Shown one piece after another: positions 50,955 through 61,919 of a stretch of 64,000 nucleotides of DNA. A program made the translations under genes and the position numbers. The stretch lies in assembly GCF_018350175.1 (NCBI RefSeq), contig NC_058368.1:156986001-157050000 (forward strand), in the 5' to 3' direction. The notes under the pieces are model-generated. The model did not search any database. It saw nothing but the letters and a program-made list of their open reading frames with translations, and was not told where the DNA came from. Positions within the stretch are counted from its first letter, which is position 1. Each line of letters opens with the position of its first letter. This stretch comes from Felis catus (Eukaryota).

Positions 50955-51425
50955 AAGGAAACAAAACAGATGAATGTTGGGGGGAAGGGAAGGAAACATA
51001 AGATAAAAACAGAGAGGGAGGCAATGCATAAGGGACTCTTAAATACAGAGAATAAGCTGAGGGTTGCTGGAGGGGAGGTGGGAGGGGAATGGCCTAATGG
51101 GTGATTGGTATTAAGGAGGACACTTGGGATGAGCCCTGGGTGTTATATGCAAGTGATGAATTACTAAGTTCTACTCCTGAAACCAATACTATACACTCTC
51201 TGTTAAGTAACTTGAATTTAAATAAATAAGTTTAAAGCTATGCCTGGGTGACTCAGTCAGTTGAACATCCGACTCCTGATTTCAGCTCAGGTCATAATCT
51301 CACTGTGAGTTCAAGCCCCACGTTGGGCTCCACGCTGACAGTGCAGAACCTGCTTGGGATTCTCACTCTCTCAAAATAAATAAATAAACTAAAAAAAAAA
51401 GTTTAAATAAATAAATTTAAAAACA
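50955..51425 (+). mobile_element. Carnivore L1 3'UTR, 5'-truncated, with a SINE in its tail
   Basis: Same 3'UTR as 40118-40460; outer TSD aaaatatggtaa on both sides. Confidence 0.92.
51237..51400 (+). mobile_element. Can-SINE inserted in L1 A-rich tail
   Basis: 'gcctgggtgactcagtcagttgaac...ctcaggtcataatctc'; TSD aagtttaaa. Confidence 0.93.
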
Positions 51426-51439
51426 AAATAAAAATATGG

Positions 51440-52400
51440 TAAACTAGAAAAAAATTATCCATAATTCTTCCTCCCAAAAAGCTTTGATAAAATTTAGTCT
51501 CGAATATTTCTTAACATCGTGGAAATCAAACCATATATAACATTTTGCATCTCAGTTTTCCACTTAACTATTGTAATGTATATGTTTTACAAATCATAAA
51601 TAATTGTTAATAAACGTTTTTATGGTTGTCATAATTAAATCCAACAAAAGTAATACTCTTGCATCCCCAGAGCTGGACAATTCAGCTGGTTCCAATATTT
51701 TGTTATCACTGTGGCTAATGTATTTATGTGTGAGTCTTCTTCTGTATTTTGGAATATTTCCCTAGAATATATTTTAAGATGGGCAGTCTCTGCATTTGGG
51801 TGTAAAAACTTTACATCTCTTGTGACATATTTCCAGTTTGCTTTACAAAGCATAATAGTCTCTTTTTAGGGCAATTTGGCAGTGTGTATCAAGATCCTCA
51901 CAAATATTCCATTATTTTCCTAGAGAACAATCAGGGATGCATAAAATGGTTTTGTTTACAGTATTATTGCAGTACTACTTCCATTAAAAAAAGTTAGCCA
52001 CAATCTAAATGTCAAAACTAAAAAAGCAGTTAGAAGAAAATTATGGTAGCCATAGAATATACTTATACACCCTTAAAATCCTTTTTTCAAAAAATATGTA
52101 AAAACATGCAACATGTCAAAATATACATATAATTAAGACTGAATGAAAAAACTAGAATATAAAATTATACATATATGCCAATTATATACCTAATTATATA
52201 CATATACACATATAATTATACATATGTGTTCACAGAAAAATGTCCACAAAGAAACACATCAAAATGTATACAAGATTGTTTTCAATGATTATTTCATAAA
52301 GGATGATTATAAGTGTTCCTTGTTGTATACCTTAATATGTATATTTTACATATTCAGACTATTAATCCTTTATTGCATTTCCATGTTCTATCACATTTAT
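51440..52400. mobile_element. Old L1ME-like fragments in both orientations
   Basis: Antisense 'ggacaattcagctggttccaatattttgtta' to about 51855, then sense 'agggcaatttggcagtgtgtatcaa...caatctaaatgtc'. Confidence 0.5.
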
Positions 52401-52599
52401 GTAAAAGTATATACGTGTATATTAAAGAACAGATTGAATAGACTGTTTAAAACAAAAAAATAGAGACACTCCAATTCTTACAAAATAAATTTTTAAGGTT
52501 TATTTTTGGTCTATTTTGTTTGAATAGAAAAACTGATTAATTTTTCAGGCTGAGTTCTTATATTTAAACACATCCAAAGTCCTCAAGTAAATACTATGT

Positions 52600-53140
52600 G
52601 ACCACTCAGCTCTCTGTCTACAGGGTACATTCCAAACTCCTCAAATGCCCACACAGATCCAAGATCCCTCAGAATCTGGCTTCTACTCACCTACACAGCC
52701 TCCTGATTATCAACCCTCCCAGTTCACAACACTCTGCCCTCCTGGCCATGGGAATGGACATTCGCCAAGCAGAAACATACTTCATCCATTCAATAGAGGC
52801 AACTCCTACAGGGCCACAAGACTCTCCTGAGATGTCACTTCTGAGAAGTCTTCTGTTCCCTCCTTCCCCGCAGGCTGCTGCGTGTCCTTCCTTTGAACTG
52901 TCAGCATGCCTTCACTTTTGCAATTCTTGATAATTGTACTCATCACACTTCATCTTGAATGCCTGTGTACTTACTATACCCTCCCTTTTAAAAAGTCAGC
53001 AAGGGCAGATTTTTTTTTCTTGTTTTGCTCACTGCTACATGCCCAGTGTCCAGAAAAGTACTTAGAGGTACCCAATCAATGTTTGAATGTTTCTATGACT
53101 GACTTACAGAATCAACGAGTCAATGAATGATTGAATGGAT
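52600..53140 (+). mobile_element. L2 3' end
   Basis: 'tccaaactcctcaa...ttgctcactgctacatgcccagtg...aatgtttgaatg...gaatgattgaatgga'. Confidence 0.75.
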
Positions 53141-53259
53141 TCAGCAGAAAACTTCAGTGTCTAAAATACAAGGTATCCAGCAAGGGGCAGAAGTAATGCC
53201 AAAAAGGAGGCAGAAAAGGAAGAAGATATAGAGAGACTTCAAAGATAAGTAGATTGGCA

Positions 53260-53426
53260 ATGTGGAAAAAGCATAGACTCTCACCAGAAACACTGCTATA
53301 TGACTTTGAGAAAGTTCCTCAATTTGCACTTGTAAAATGGGATATAATACTCATTTGGTTGAGAATTAACTGAACCATATTTATAAATGCACACACAGTG
53401 CCTTGCATGTAGTAAGCATTCAGTGA
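53260..53426 (+). mobile_element. MIR
   Basis: 'cctcaatttgcacttgtaaaatgggatataatac...cacagtgccttgcatgtagtaagcattcagt'. Confidence 0.75.
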
Positions 53427-53874
53427 TTTTTTTAAAAATTTTCTTGGGGCGCCTGGGTGGCGCAGTCGGTTGGGCGTCCGACTTCAGCCAGGTCACGATC
53501 TCGCGGTCCGTGAGTTCGAGCCCCGCGTCAGGCTCTGGGCTGATGGCTCAGAGCCTGGAGCCTGTTTCCCATTCTGTGTCTCCCTCTCTCTCTGCCCCTC
53601 CCCCGTTCATGCTCTGTCTCTCTCTGTCCCAAAAATAAATAAATGTTGAAAAAAAATTTTTTTTTTAATTTTCTTAATGTTTCTTTTATTTTTGAGAGAG
53701 AAAAAGTATGAGCAGGGGAGAGGCAGAGAGAAAGGGAGGTACCAAATCCATGAAGCAAGTTCCAGGCTGTGGGCTGTCGGCACAGAGCCCACAGCAGCAC
53801 TCAAACTCATGAACCATGAGATCATGACCTGAGCTAAACTGGAAGCTTAACCTACTGAGCCACCCAGATGCTCC
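53427..53874 (-). mobile_element. Older Can-SINE whose tail is split by a young SINE
   Basis: Body at 53676-53874; exact TSD agcattcagtga (53415-53426 / 53875-53886). Confidence 0.93.
53446..53666 (+). mobile_element. Very young Can-SINE (SINEC_Fc)
   Basis: CpG-rich near-consensus copy 'ggggcgcctgggtggcgcagtcggttgggcgtccgac'; TSD aattttctt (53437-53445 / 53667-53675). Confidence 0.97.
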
Positions 53875-54129
53875 AGCATTCAGTGAATGTTTGACCTTTT
53901 CCCTATCCCCTTCCAGTTTGATCTAGTTGTTTAGATACCTATGAAAAACTGGTCACAAATTCATAAGAAAAAATGCACTGGATAAAATTATGTTTACTAT
54001 AATTTTTTCAAGATAAGTCATTCTTACAAGGTTAGGCATCACAACCACAAGGAGATGCTTTTAATGTGACCCATACTGAAGGAGGGGGCCCCAGAGGTCG
54101 CTCAGGGGTGAGTCTTGTACAGAACTCAC

Positions 54130-54209
54130 CTTATATACTTTAATGACGGGGCAAAGAAGTATTCCCAGAACACAGGAAAACTACTCTCTTATGGGTTTCG
54201 TTACCCTTT
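54130..54209 (-). other. Candidate exon A (80 nt, non-coding)
   Basis: Acceptor tgtgtttgtctcatcaacag| and consensus donor AAG|gtgagt; stop codons in all three frames. Confidence 0.4.
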
Positions 54210-54780
54210 CTGTTGATGAGACAAACACATGCAATATTAAATTCTGTCCTAGAGCCATTTGGCTAAATGTGTGGATGTCTAGAACCAAAAATACATTCAT
54301 CGATTTGGGGATTAGACTCTATTAATATGCTTTTCAAACAGATATTTCTGTTCACCTTGAAGCACTGGTGCTCATGTTAGGCTGGATGGTTGGGAACACT
54401 GGTCTTACTAGACAATAAAAATCAGCTCTTTGAGGTCATTAGAGTCACACATGGGAGGGCGGCCCACCACAGCCTGTTCCTGGTGAGCTGGCACCATCAG
54501 GGACGTCAAGGTGAGTTTTCTAGAGCAGAATGCTGCATCCACAAGCCTCACTCGGGGCCTCCCTGGCAGAGCAAGAAAATTTGCCACAGCAAAAGAGTTT
54601 TTTGCTGAGAAAAAAGGAAAATAAGCCATGGGATTAGAGCAGCAAGAATAAACATTCCTGCTGCCAGTATCATAAAGATTCTTTAATTTAACAATGAGCA
54701 CAAGCCTTTATTGCTTCCACCAAAATTTATGGCTCCCATATCTGGCAGCAACACAATGTTCACTCACATTGTCATAGCCT

Positions 54781-55005
54781 TTTTTATTTAGAACTTTTCA
54801 TGCTTTTATTTTATTGTTTTAGTTTACAGGGAGAGAGTGCAAGAGAGAGAGCAGGGGTGGAGCAGAGGAAGAGAGAGAGAATCTTAAGCAGGCTCCATGC
54901 TCAGCACAGAGCCCAGCACAGCGCTTGATCCCACAAACTGTGAGATCATGATGTGAGCCGAAATCAAGAGTCAGAAGCTTAACCAACTGAGCCGCCCAGG
55001 TGCCC
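54781..55005 (-). mobile_element. Can-SINE (SINEC)
   Basis: Antisense full-length; near-TSD ttgtcatagccttt/ttgtcattgccttt. Confidence 0.94.
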
Positions 55006-56186
55006 TCACTTGTCATTGCCTTTGAAGTATTAGTTTACCTACCTTGGTTCTGCATTATGAGCCACGTGGGATTTTGTCAGTATTCTTAGGTGTTGTGTTT
55101 TGCTTCTTTGTTAGTTTGAAACTCTATTTATACGTATGAATATGTGTGCTAGACTGATACAAAGATGAGTCCCCTTCTCCTGAGTATATATTTTCCCTTG
55201 CCATTTTATGTCATTGTAATCCTCAAACTTCCTACATTTGAATGTCGAGCACTTCTTAATTTGACTAGTCAACTCATTTGGCTGATATCAGCCAAAGTCA
55301 GACAAAGGGCAGAGGGAATTGTAGGCAGGAAACATAGTTAAGCAAGGTGGGAATTCACCATAGAGCTTGGCTACAATTAGGTGTCTGGGGAGAAGCTGTT
55401 TGTTCAAAGGTAGGGGAGACAGAAGGGGTAACGAGAAACCGAAGAAGGAAGAACGGCGCCTTGCCGGCAAGTGGAAGGAGGAGGAGCAGACGGATAAAAA
55501 TGGCAAGGTAGGAATGATAGCAAATTCATGGGTGGCACCTGAGGACAGACTTCCTAGTAGGATGTGGTGTGGCCTTGGGGGAGGTGCCGATGGTAATTAG
55601 GAGCTGAGGCAGTTGTCTCCAGAGAAGAAAGCTCCCCTAGCACTGCTACAGTGCAGGAAAATTCATGTAGACACAAGATCTAAACACAGGTTTCATCCGT
55701 TATGAGATGGAAAACTATTGAAGGACTCTGAGCAGATGAATTCCATGATTGGTCTTAACTTTGAAAACATCACTGGCTATTTCATTGAGAATAATTAACG
55801 GGTGGCAAGTTTGATTGACAGAAGGGAGATTGGTTTTAGAAAGCCATTGGCATAGTCCAAAGGAGAAACAATAATAACTTGGACCAGTGTGGCAGCAGAG
55901 GAGGCAGCGAGAAGTGACCCATTCCGGATATATTTTTAAGGTGCAACAAACATAGGGGATGAAAGAAAAGGAGAAGTAAAGGAGAATTCAAAGGTTTGAG
56001 GCCTGAGCAATTAGAAAAAGCCTGGTGCCATTTTACTGCAATAGGGACGGCTGTATGGGGAGCAACTTTGGGAGGGGGAAGAGATTTGAGGAATCACCAG
56101 CTTACAGCCATGAGACTGGCTGAGCTCATTAAGGTGGTGAGTGTGGGAGTGCAAGGACTGAACTCTGTGGCACAACACTCACAGGA

Positions 56187-56283
56187 AGGGTGACCAGCTA
56201 TTCTGGTTTTCCCAAGGCTGAGGATTCCCAGAACATGGGACCTTCAGGAAGCCTCTGAGAAAACTGAAATTATTGATCACCTG
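56187..56283. mobile_element. MER81-like hAT MITE
   Basis: agggtgaccag...ttgatcacctg TIRs. Confidence 0.6.
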
Positions 56284-56535
56284 TTCAGAGGTCAGGGAGA
56301 TGAATGAGAAACCCATGGGAAGGAATAGCAGGGCAAAGAGAGACATGTTGCCCGGGGAGCCAAGTAAGGAACACACAGCCCTCAACTCTGTTAAATGCTG
56401 CCGATGGGACAAATGACAGGAAGACTGACAGCTGACCACTGGACAGACAACAGAGAATCACAGGGGACCCTGACAAGGGCAGTTTTAGTGGAAGTCGCCT
56501 GGGACAGAAAGCCTGATTCTGGTTATATGAGAGGA

Positions 56536-56948
56536 TCTTAATCTGTTTAGGCTGCTATAGAAAAATATCATAATCTGTGTGGCATAAATGACAGAAATTA
56601 ATTTCTCATAGTTCTGGAAGCTGGGAAGTCCGAGATCAAGGTGTTAACAGATTCAGTTCCTGGTGGGGACCCCCTCTACCTAGCTTGCAGACAGCTACCT
56701 TCTCATTGGGTTCTCACTTTCCTGTGTGTGTATGTGTGTGTGTTTACACCCGCAAAGACAGATAGAGACAGAGAAGTTGAGATTCCTTTCTATTCCTATA
56801 AGGCCATCAATCCTATTAGGTTAGGACCTTACCCTTATGACTTCATTTAACCTTAAAGTCCTTATCTCCACATAGGGTCACATTTGAGGTTAGGGCATCA
56901 ACATATGAAGGGGATGGAAGAAGTAGGGGACACACAATTTAGACCACA
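56536..56948 (-). mobile_element. MaLR LTR (MLT1A-like)
   Basis: 'tttaggctgctatag...tttctcatagttctggaagctgggaagtccgagatcaaggtg...atgacttcatttaacc...ttagggcatcaacatatgaa'. Confidence 0.88.
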
Positions 56949-57812
56949 TCAAAGAGAGAAATTAGAATGAGAAAAATAAAAACACTTTCAGGGAGTTTTC
57001 CTGTCCACAAAAGGTAGGGGGAGTGGTAGTTGATATATAGGATTGAAAGAAGGTTGTTTGTTTGTTTTAAGGTAGATAGAAGGGGGGAAATGTGTTTGTA
57101 TCCTGATGGAAATGATCTAGCAAAATGGGAAGCCGGTCCTTGAATAGTTGAGAGGGAATAGGACCTAAGGACAACTGGGGGATAGGCCTGAACAAGGAAC
57201 ACAGATGGCTCATTTGCTGGAAGAGGAGCGAGGGCAAAATTTTTGGACACAGATGCACGTGGGTCTGTAGATGTAGCATGTGGGCTCATCAAAATTCTGT
57301 TCCGATAACTTCTGTTTTCTTGATTACATATAAAGGAAAGGTCATGAGCCGAGAGTGAGGATGGCAGCAGCCGATGGCAGTTTGAGCACAGAGGGAAGTT
57401 AAGAGAGTCATCTAGGAGAGTAGGAGAGTCCTGTGGAGAGGAAATCCAATATAATTGTGAAAGAGCATTAAGGACTCCCTTTGCATTGAGCACCCTTTAC
57501 AATGGAAGTCCAACACTTACAGCTTAGCAGAATCCAGTATGATCATCGCAGGGGTCTGTACACAAGGCTAAGGGTTAGCCGCCCTGGTCAGTCAGGGTTT
57601 CACCATCCACTTATGTGAGTCAATCTCTCTGAACCTCCTTGTGTTTTAATCTGTAAAACTGGGATATTCATGTCTGCACTGCCTTCCTCAGAGGATTCAA
57701 GAGATGGCACCTGAGGAACATCTTCTAAACTGTGAAATGTTCAACACAACAGAGATTACTAGAAAATGGTCCTGATATACTGAGCTTGTTAGAATAAGAT
57801 ATTTTCTTTAAA

Positions 57813-58013
57813 TTTTTTTAATGTTTATTTTTTGAGAAGGAGACAAAGCGTGAGTGGGGGAGGGGCAGAGAGAGAGGGAGACACAGAATCCGAAGCAGGC
57901 TCCAGGCTCTGAGCTGTCAGCACAGAACCGAACGCGGACATTGAACTCACAAACCGCGAGACCATGACCTCAGCCAAAATCGGACACTTAACTGACTGAG
58001 CACCCAGGTACCC
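57813..58013 (-). mobile_element. Can-SINE (SINEC_Fc-type)
   Basis: Full-length antisense; near-TSD agaataagatattttcttta/agaagaagacattttcttta. Confidence 0.96.
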
Positions 58014-58611
58014 TGAGAAGAAGACATTTTCTTTACATATGTGTGAAAACTTGTAAAAAATAGGAAATCTAGTTTTATCGCGTGAAAGATGCCCCTAGGG
58101 TTGTGTCGTGCACAGCACACAGTGGTTGTCTCCACTGACCCTCAACACTCACCAACCCCTTTAACTGCCCACCACATCACAATTATTTCTTTATGCCTAT
58201 ATTTAGAGTTATATCAGAATATAATGTCATTTTTAAGTTTTAAGATCTAAACTGAACGTTACTGGTTTTTGTGCTTTTGGGCTCTACTCTCGGCAGGCCT
58301 GGATTAGAATAGATCTTAGAAGATTACTGCCTTCTAGGAAGGATTTTACGTACACATTGGTCAGGTGGGAATCCAGTGGTACAAATACCCTATTGCACTG
58401 CTATGTTAATAACCAAGCAACCATTTAGAGAACAAACAAATTAGATTCTTATTTCATTGGAGTCCATTTTTCTAGCCAAGTGCTATCGACTAAAAGCTGA
58501 ATTTAAGGAGGGAGAGAACCACAAAAAGTTTCTTAGCAAGGTCAAATCCAGTTTTCCTTTCTCACACAGAGCCTGTATCTATTTCTTGGATAATTGCCAA
58601 CTTGAGAGATA

Positions 58612-58830
58612 ATCACTAATAATAGCTACCTTTTAGTGAATTCCCAGTCTGGCACTCAGCTGAGTACTTTAAGTGTATCATTGCGTTTAATCCTCAACCA
58701 CCTTATGAGATCAATGTTATTAACTCACTTCACAGATGAGAAAACTGAGTCTTGAAAAAGCGAAGTCATTTTGCCCAAGAAGCCAGTTGGTTGAGGAGTC
58801 AGGGTTCTAACCCACTCTCTTGGTATCCAT
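58612..58830 (-). mobile_element. MIR
   Basis: 'tttaatcctcaaccaccttatgag...cacttcacagatgagaaaactgagtctt...tttgcccaa'. Confidence 0.8.
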
Positions 58831-59380
58831 AGCCATTGGCTCTCACTCATGGTGTGCCATTTCCCTTGGTGCTTGATAAAATGGTGATTAGGATGGTGTA
58901 ATGAGCTGTTTGGACAGCTTACAAACCATGAAATACTGTATTTCTAAGTGTTAAGGGCTAAGCACTAGAAGACATACCCCTGAAGCAAAAAATCATAGGC
59001 AGTATTTATCTGTGGGATCTAAGTTTGTCATTTGGCATCCTGAACATTATGTGTCCTCAGAACAAGGCAAATCTGCCACCATAATTTGAAAAGTAACTCA
59101 ACCAATAATATAATTTCTGTTTATGAGGGCCAAGTAGTATTACCAAAATGTACACATTCCAATTTTAGAACTCAGGAGAATATTTCAGAGCTGAAACAAT
59201 CAACATCTTGTTGACCAAGTACCCAAGCAAGATTTTCTCTACAGACCCAAAGTTCAAGATTTTATTTATTAAAAAAACAAAAACAAAAAAAACAAAAAGC
59301 AAAAAACAAAAAAACTCAAGATTTTAATTTGTTTAAAGCCAGGACCTACCACTCCCGTCATTATTGCTGCATTTTTTGTG

Positions 59381-59400
59381 AGACTCCCCCTAGTGGCCTA
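59381..59400 (-). promoter_or_regulatory. Candidate CTCF binding motif
   Basis: Minus strand TAGGCCACTAGGGGGAGTCT versus consensus TGGCCACCAGGGGGCGC; unique sequence; motif match only. Confidence 0.45.
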
Positions 59401-60215
59401 CAAGAGTTAGCTTCCTGAATGAGTACACTTGGAAGAAGACTGGGGAGTATGGCAGCAGTTCATTCTCTTTGTCTATCTAATTTGATGGAAACTGGTCTTC
59501 CATCAAATGGGAAGGTGAAATCAGGGGAAGGTGTGAATGTCAGCCTAAAAATAACCACTTCCCATCCAATGAGACCAAGAGGTGAAGGACCTAGTGATTT
59601 TATGACAATGAGCACTAACTGAAAACCCTTGAAGCTCTGAATCCCTGGGGGCTTGACTTAAAGTGTGGGGGTCAACCCCATTGACATCACAGATCCTTCC
59701 TGCAGTCACAATGCTACTGAGCCACACCGGGAAGATGCCCTGGAAACATAAAGACATTAGTCAGATTGTAATCCAGTTTCCTTAGTGCTCTGGCTTTCTG
59801 AAAGACAAAACAAAAAGTTCTGCTCCCTTTAAAAAAAAAAATCAAATCAGCAAAAAATAAAGCCAGGAAATCAAGCATCATGAGTGCAGGTATTTAACCC
59901 ATGATTACCCAAGGTCTCTAAATTCTCATTCTTTACTACCTTACTTGTATTTCTTATTACATATAAGCAAGGTAATAAATCCCAAGGAAGATCCTTGGGT
60001 GGCTTGGGCACAATAGTGTGAGAAATCTTTTCCCATTATTTCATAACAGTTTGATCTAAATGAGTGTGTCTCAACAAAATTTCCTAAATGTCTAATGGAA
60101 GTACCTGGGATGATAAATTTTTGTAGCTGACTATGGGTGTGATGGGGGCCTGGTGAAGAAATGATGTAGGGGAGGACAGAAGAGGAGGGTGTAAAACCAA
60201 TAAGAAGAGTCCCTT

Positions 60216-60429
60216 GGGGCACCAGGGTGGCTCAGTTGGTTAAGCTGCCGACTTCAGTTCAGGTCACGATCTCACCGTTAGTGGGTTTAAGCCCTGCGTC
60301 AGGCTGTGTGCTGACAGCTCAGAGCCTAAGCCTATTTCAAATTCTGTGTCTCCCCCTCTCTCTCTGCTCCTCCCTGGCTAGAGCTCTGTCTCTTTGTGTC
60401 TCAAAAATAAATAAACATTAAAAAAAAAA
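60216..60429 (+). mobile_element. Can-SINE (SINEC_Fc-type)
   Basis: Full-length; near-TSD aagaagagtccct/aagaagcctccct. Confidence 0.95.
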
Positions 60430-61079
60430 GAAGCCTCCCTGAACTTTTGCCATAGGTACAGAAACTGCCCTTAATTGTAAAGAGAAGATTAATACCACTG
60501 CAAAGATTCACTTGCCTTAGTTCCTGATCTAATTCAGCATTCTGGTTGCCTAGATACAGATGTAAACAAAAATGCCTCTCCGACTGCAGAGGAACAGCGG
60601 AATGAACCTGATGGCCACCTTCCTGGCTCAGTCAGTGACCAAGAAAAGAAAGCAAGTACTTTTAGACATTCATAGTAAAAATAGAATATTTTGTTCAGCT
60701 TCTTTAAAGCTTAGCGTTATTCAGAGAGTTCTAAGGGGTCCTAGAAGAGTTGTTTTTCTTTTCACTCTACCTATATTTCTTATTTGTTCTGCTTTTACAA
60801 AGTGACTGATGACAGCACAAGCTGAAAAGAAAAGGGGCCTCAATTTGTGGATACATTCATTGGACTGACTTTTAACAGGCAGGGCTAGGTGTTAACAAAA
60901 TTGACAATTATTTTTTTATAAAGATTCAAAAGAAACTATGATAAATTCGAGATACAGACTTTATCTCTAGCATGAAAAAGAGAAGAGCTAAATAGGTTTC
61001 TTTTATTGGTACTTGTCATTAATGAAAAAGAACATTCAAAGAAGCAGTAGTTTTAGCCCTCATCAGTGGATGAAGCCTC

Positions 61080-61330
61080 TTGTGATAGAAAGAGCACTGG
61101 AAAGCTAGCACAATATCAATATCAAGCATTGATTTTTGGTATCTGATGGCTGTACCATACCCAGGCTGTGTGACTTTTAGCAGTTACTTAACTTCTCTGT
61201 TTCCTCTTCTACAAAATGGGCTAATTAGGCCTAACATACAAAGATGTGAGATTTGAATGAGCCCTAAGAAAAAGGGCTTAGCAAGTAAAAGGGACTCCAT
61301 CAATAGCTGTAATATAATTATTATCATCAT
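61080..61330 (+). mobile_element. MIR
   Basis: 'tagaaagagcactgg...gctgtgtgacttttagcagttacttaacttctctgtttcctcttctacaaaatggg'. Confidence 0.75.
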
Positions 61331-61401
61331 CTATAGGATCTTGAGCAAGTCCACTATTTCTCTAATCCTCACATTCCTCACCTATAAAAATAATCATCTT
61401 A

Positions 61402-61616
61402 GAGGTGCCTGGGTAGCTCAGTTGTTCAAGGGTCCGACTCTTGGTTTGGGCTCAGGTCATGATCTCATGGGTTTGTGAGTTTGAGACCTATGTGGGGCTC
61501 CTTGTGGAGCCTGCTTGAGATTATCAGTCTCTCCTTCCTTCTCTCCCTGCCCCTCCCCCACTCACACTCTCACACTGTCTCTCTCTCTCTCTCAAAATAA
61601 ATAAACTTAAAAAAAC
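61402..61616 (+). mobile_element. Can-SINE (SINEC)
   Basis: Exact TSD aataatcatctta (61389-61401 / 61617-61629). Confidence 0.95.
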
Positions 61617-61701
61617 AATAATCATCTTAAATTTTTCTGTGATGAAGTAGGATCTCAATAACTACGATTCCCACCTTATAGGACATCATATATGTGAAAG
61701 G

Positions 61702-61919
61702 TTTTTTTTTTTAATTTTTTAATCTTTATTTATTTTTGAGAGAGAGACAGAGTGTGAGCAGGGGAGTAGCAGAGAGAGAGGGAGACACAGAATCCGAAGC
61801 AGGCTCCAGGCCCTGAGCTGTCGGCACAGAGCCTGACGTGGGGCCTGAACCCACGAACCGTGAGATCATGACCTGAGCCGAAGTCGGATGCTCAGCCCAC
61901 TGAACCACCCAGGCACCCC
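61702..61919 (-). mobile_element. Can-SINE (SINEC_Fc-type)
   Basis: Exact TSD tatgtgaaa (61691-61699 / 61920-61928). Confidence 0.96.

Larger units (their letters stand above)
55690..57480 (-). mobile_element. L2 LINE, interrupted by MER81-like and MLT1A elements
   Basis: 'aaactattgaaggactctgagcag...aaacatcactggct...ttggaccagtgtggcagcagagg...aggtttgaggcctgagcaatt'. Confidence 0.7.

Noticed and set aside
53446..53530. tRNA-like sequence with A and B boxes
   Set aside because: SINE head derived from tRNA, followed by SINE body and tail; not a tRNA gene
56939..57493. 184-aa minus-strand ORF
   Set aside because: Lies within a degraded L2; no recognisable intact domain or proper ATG context
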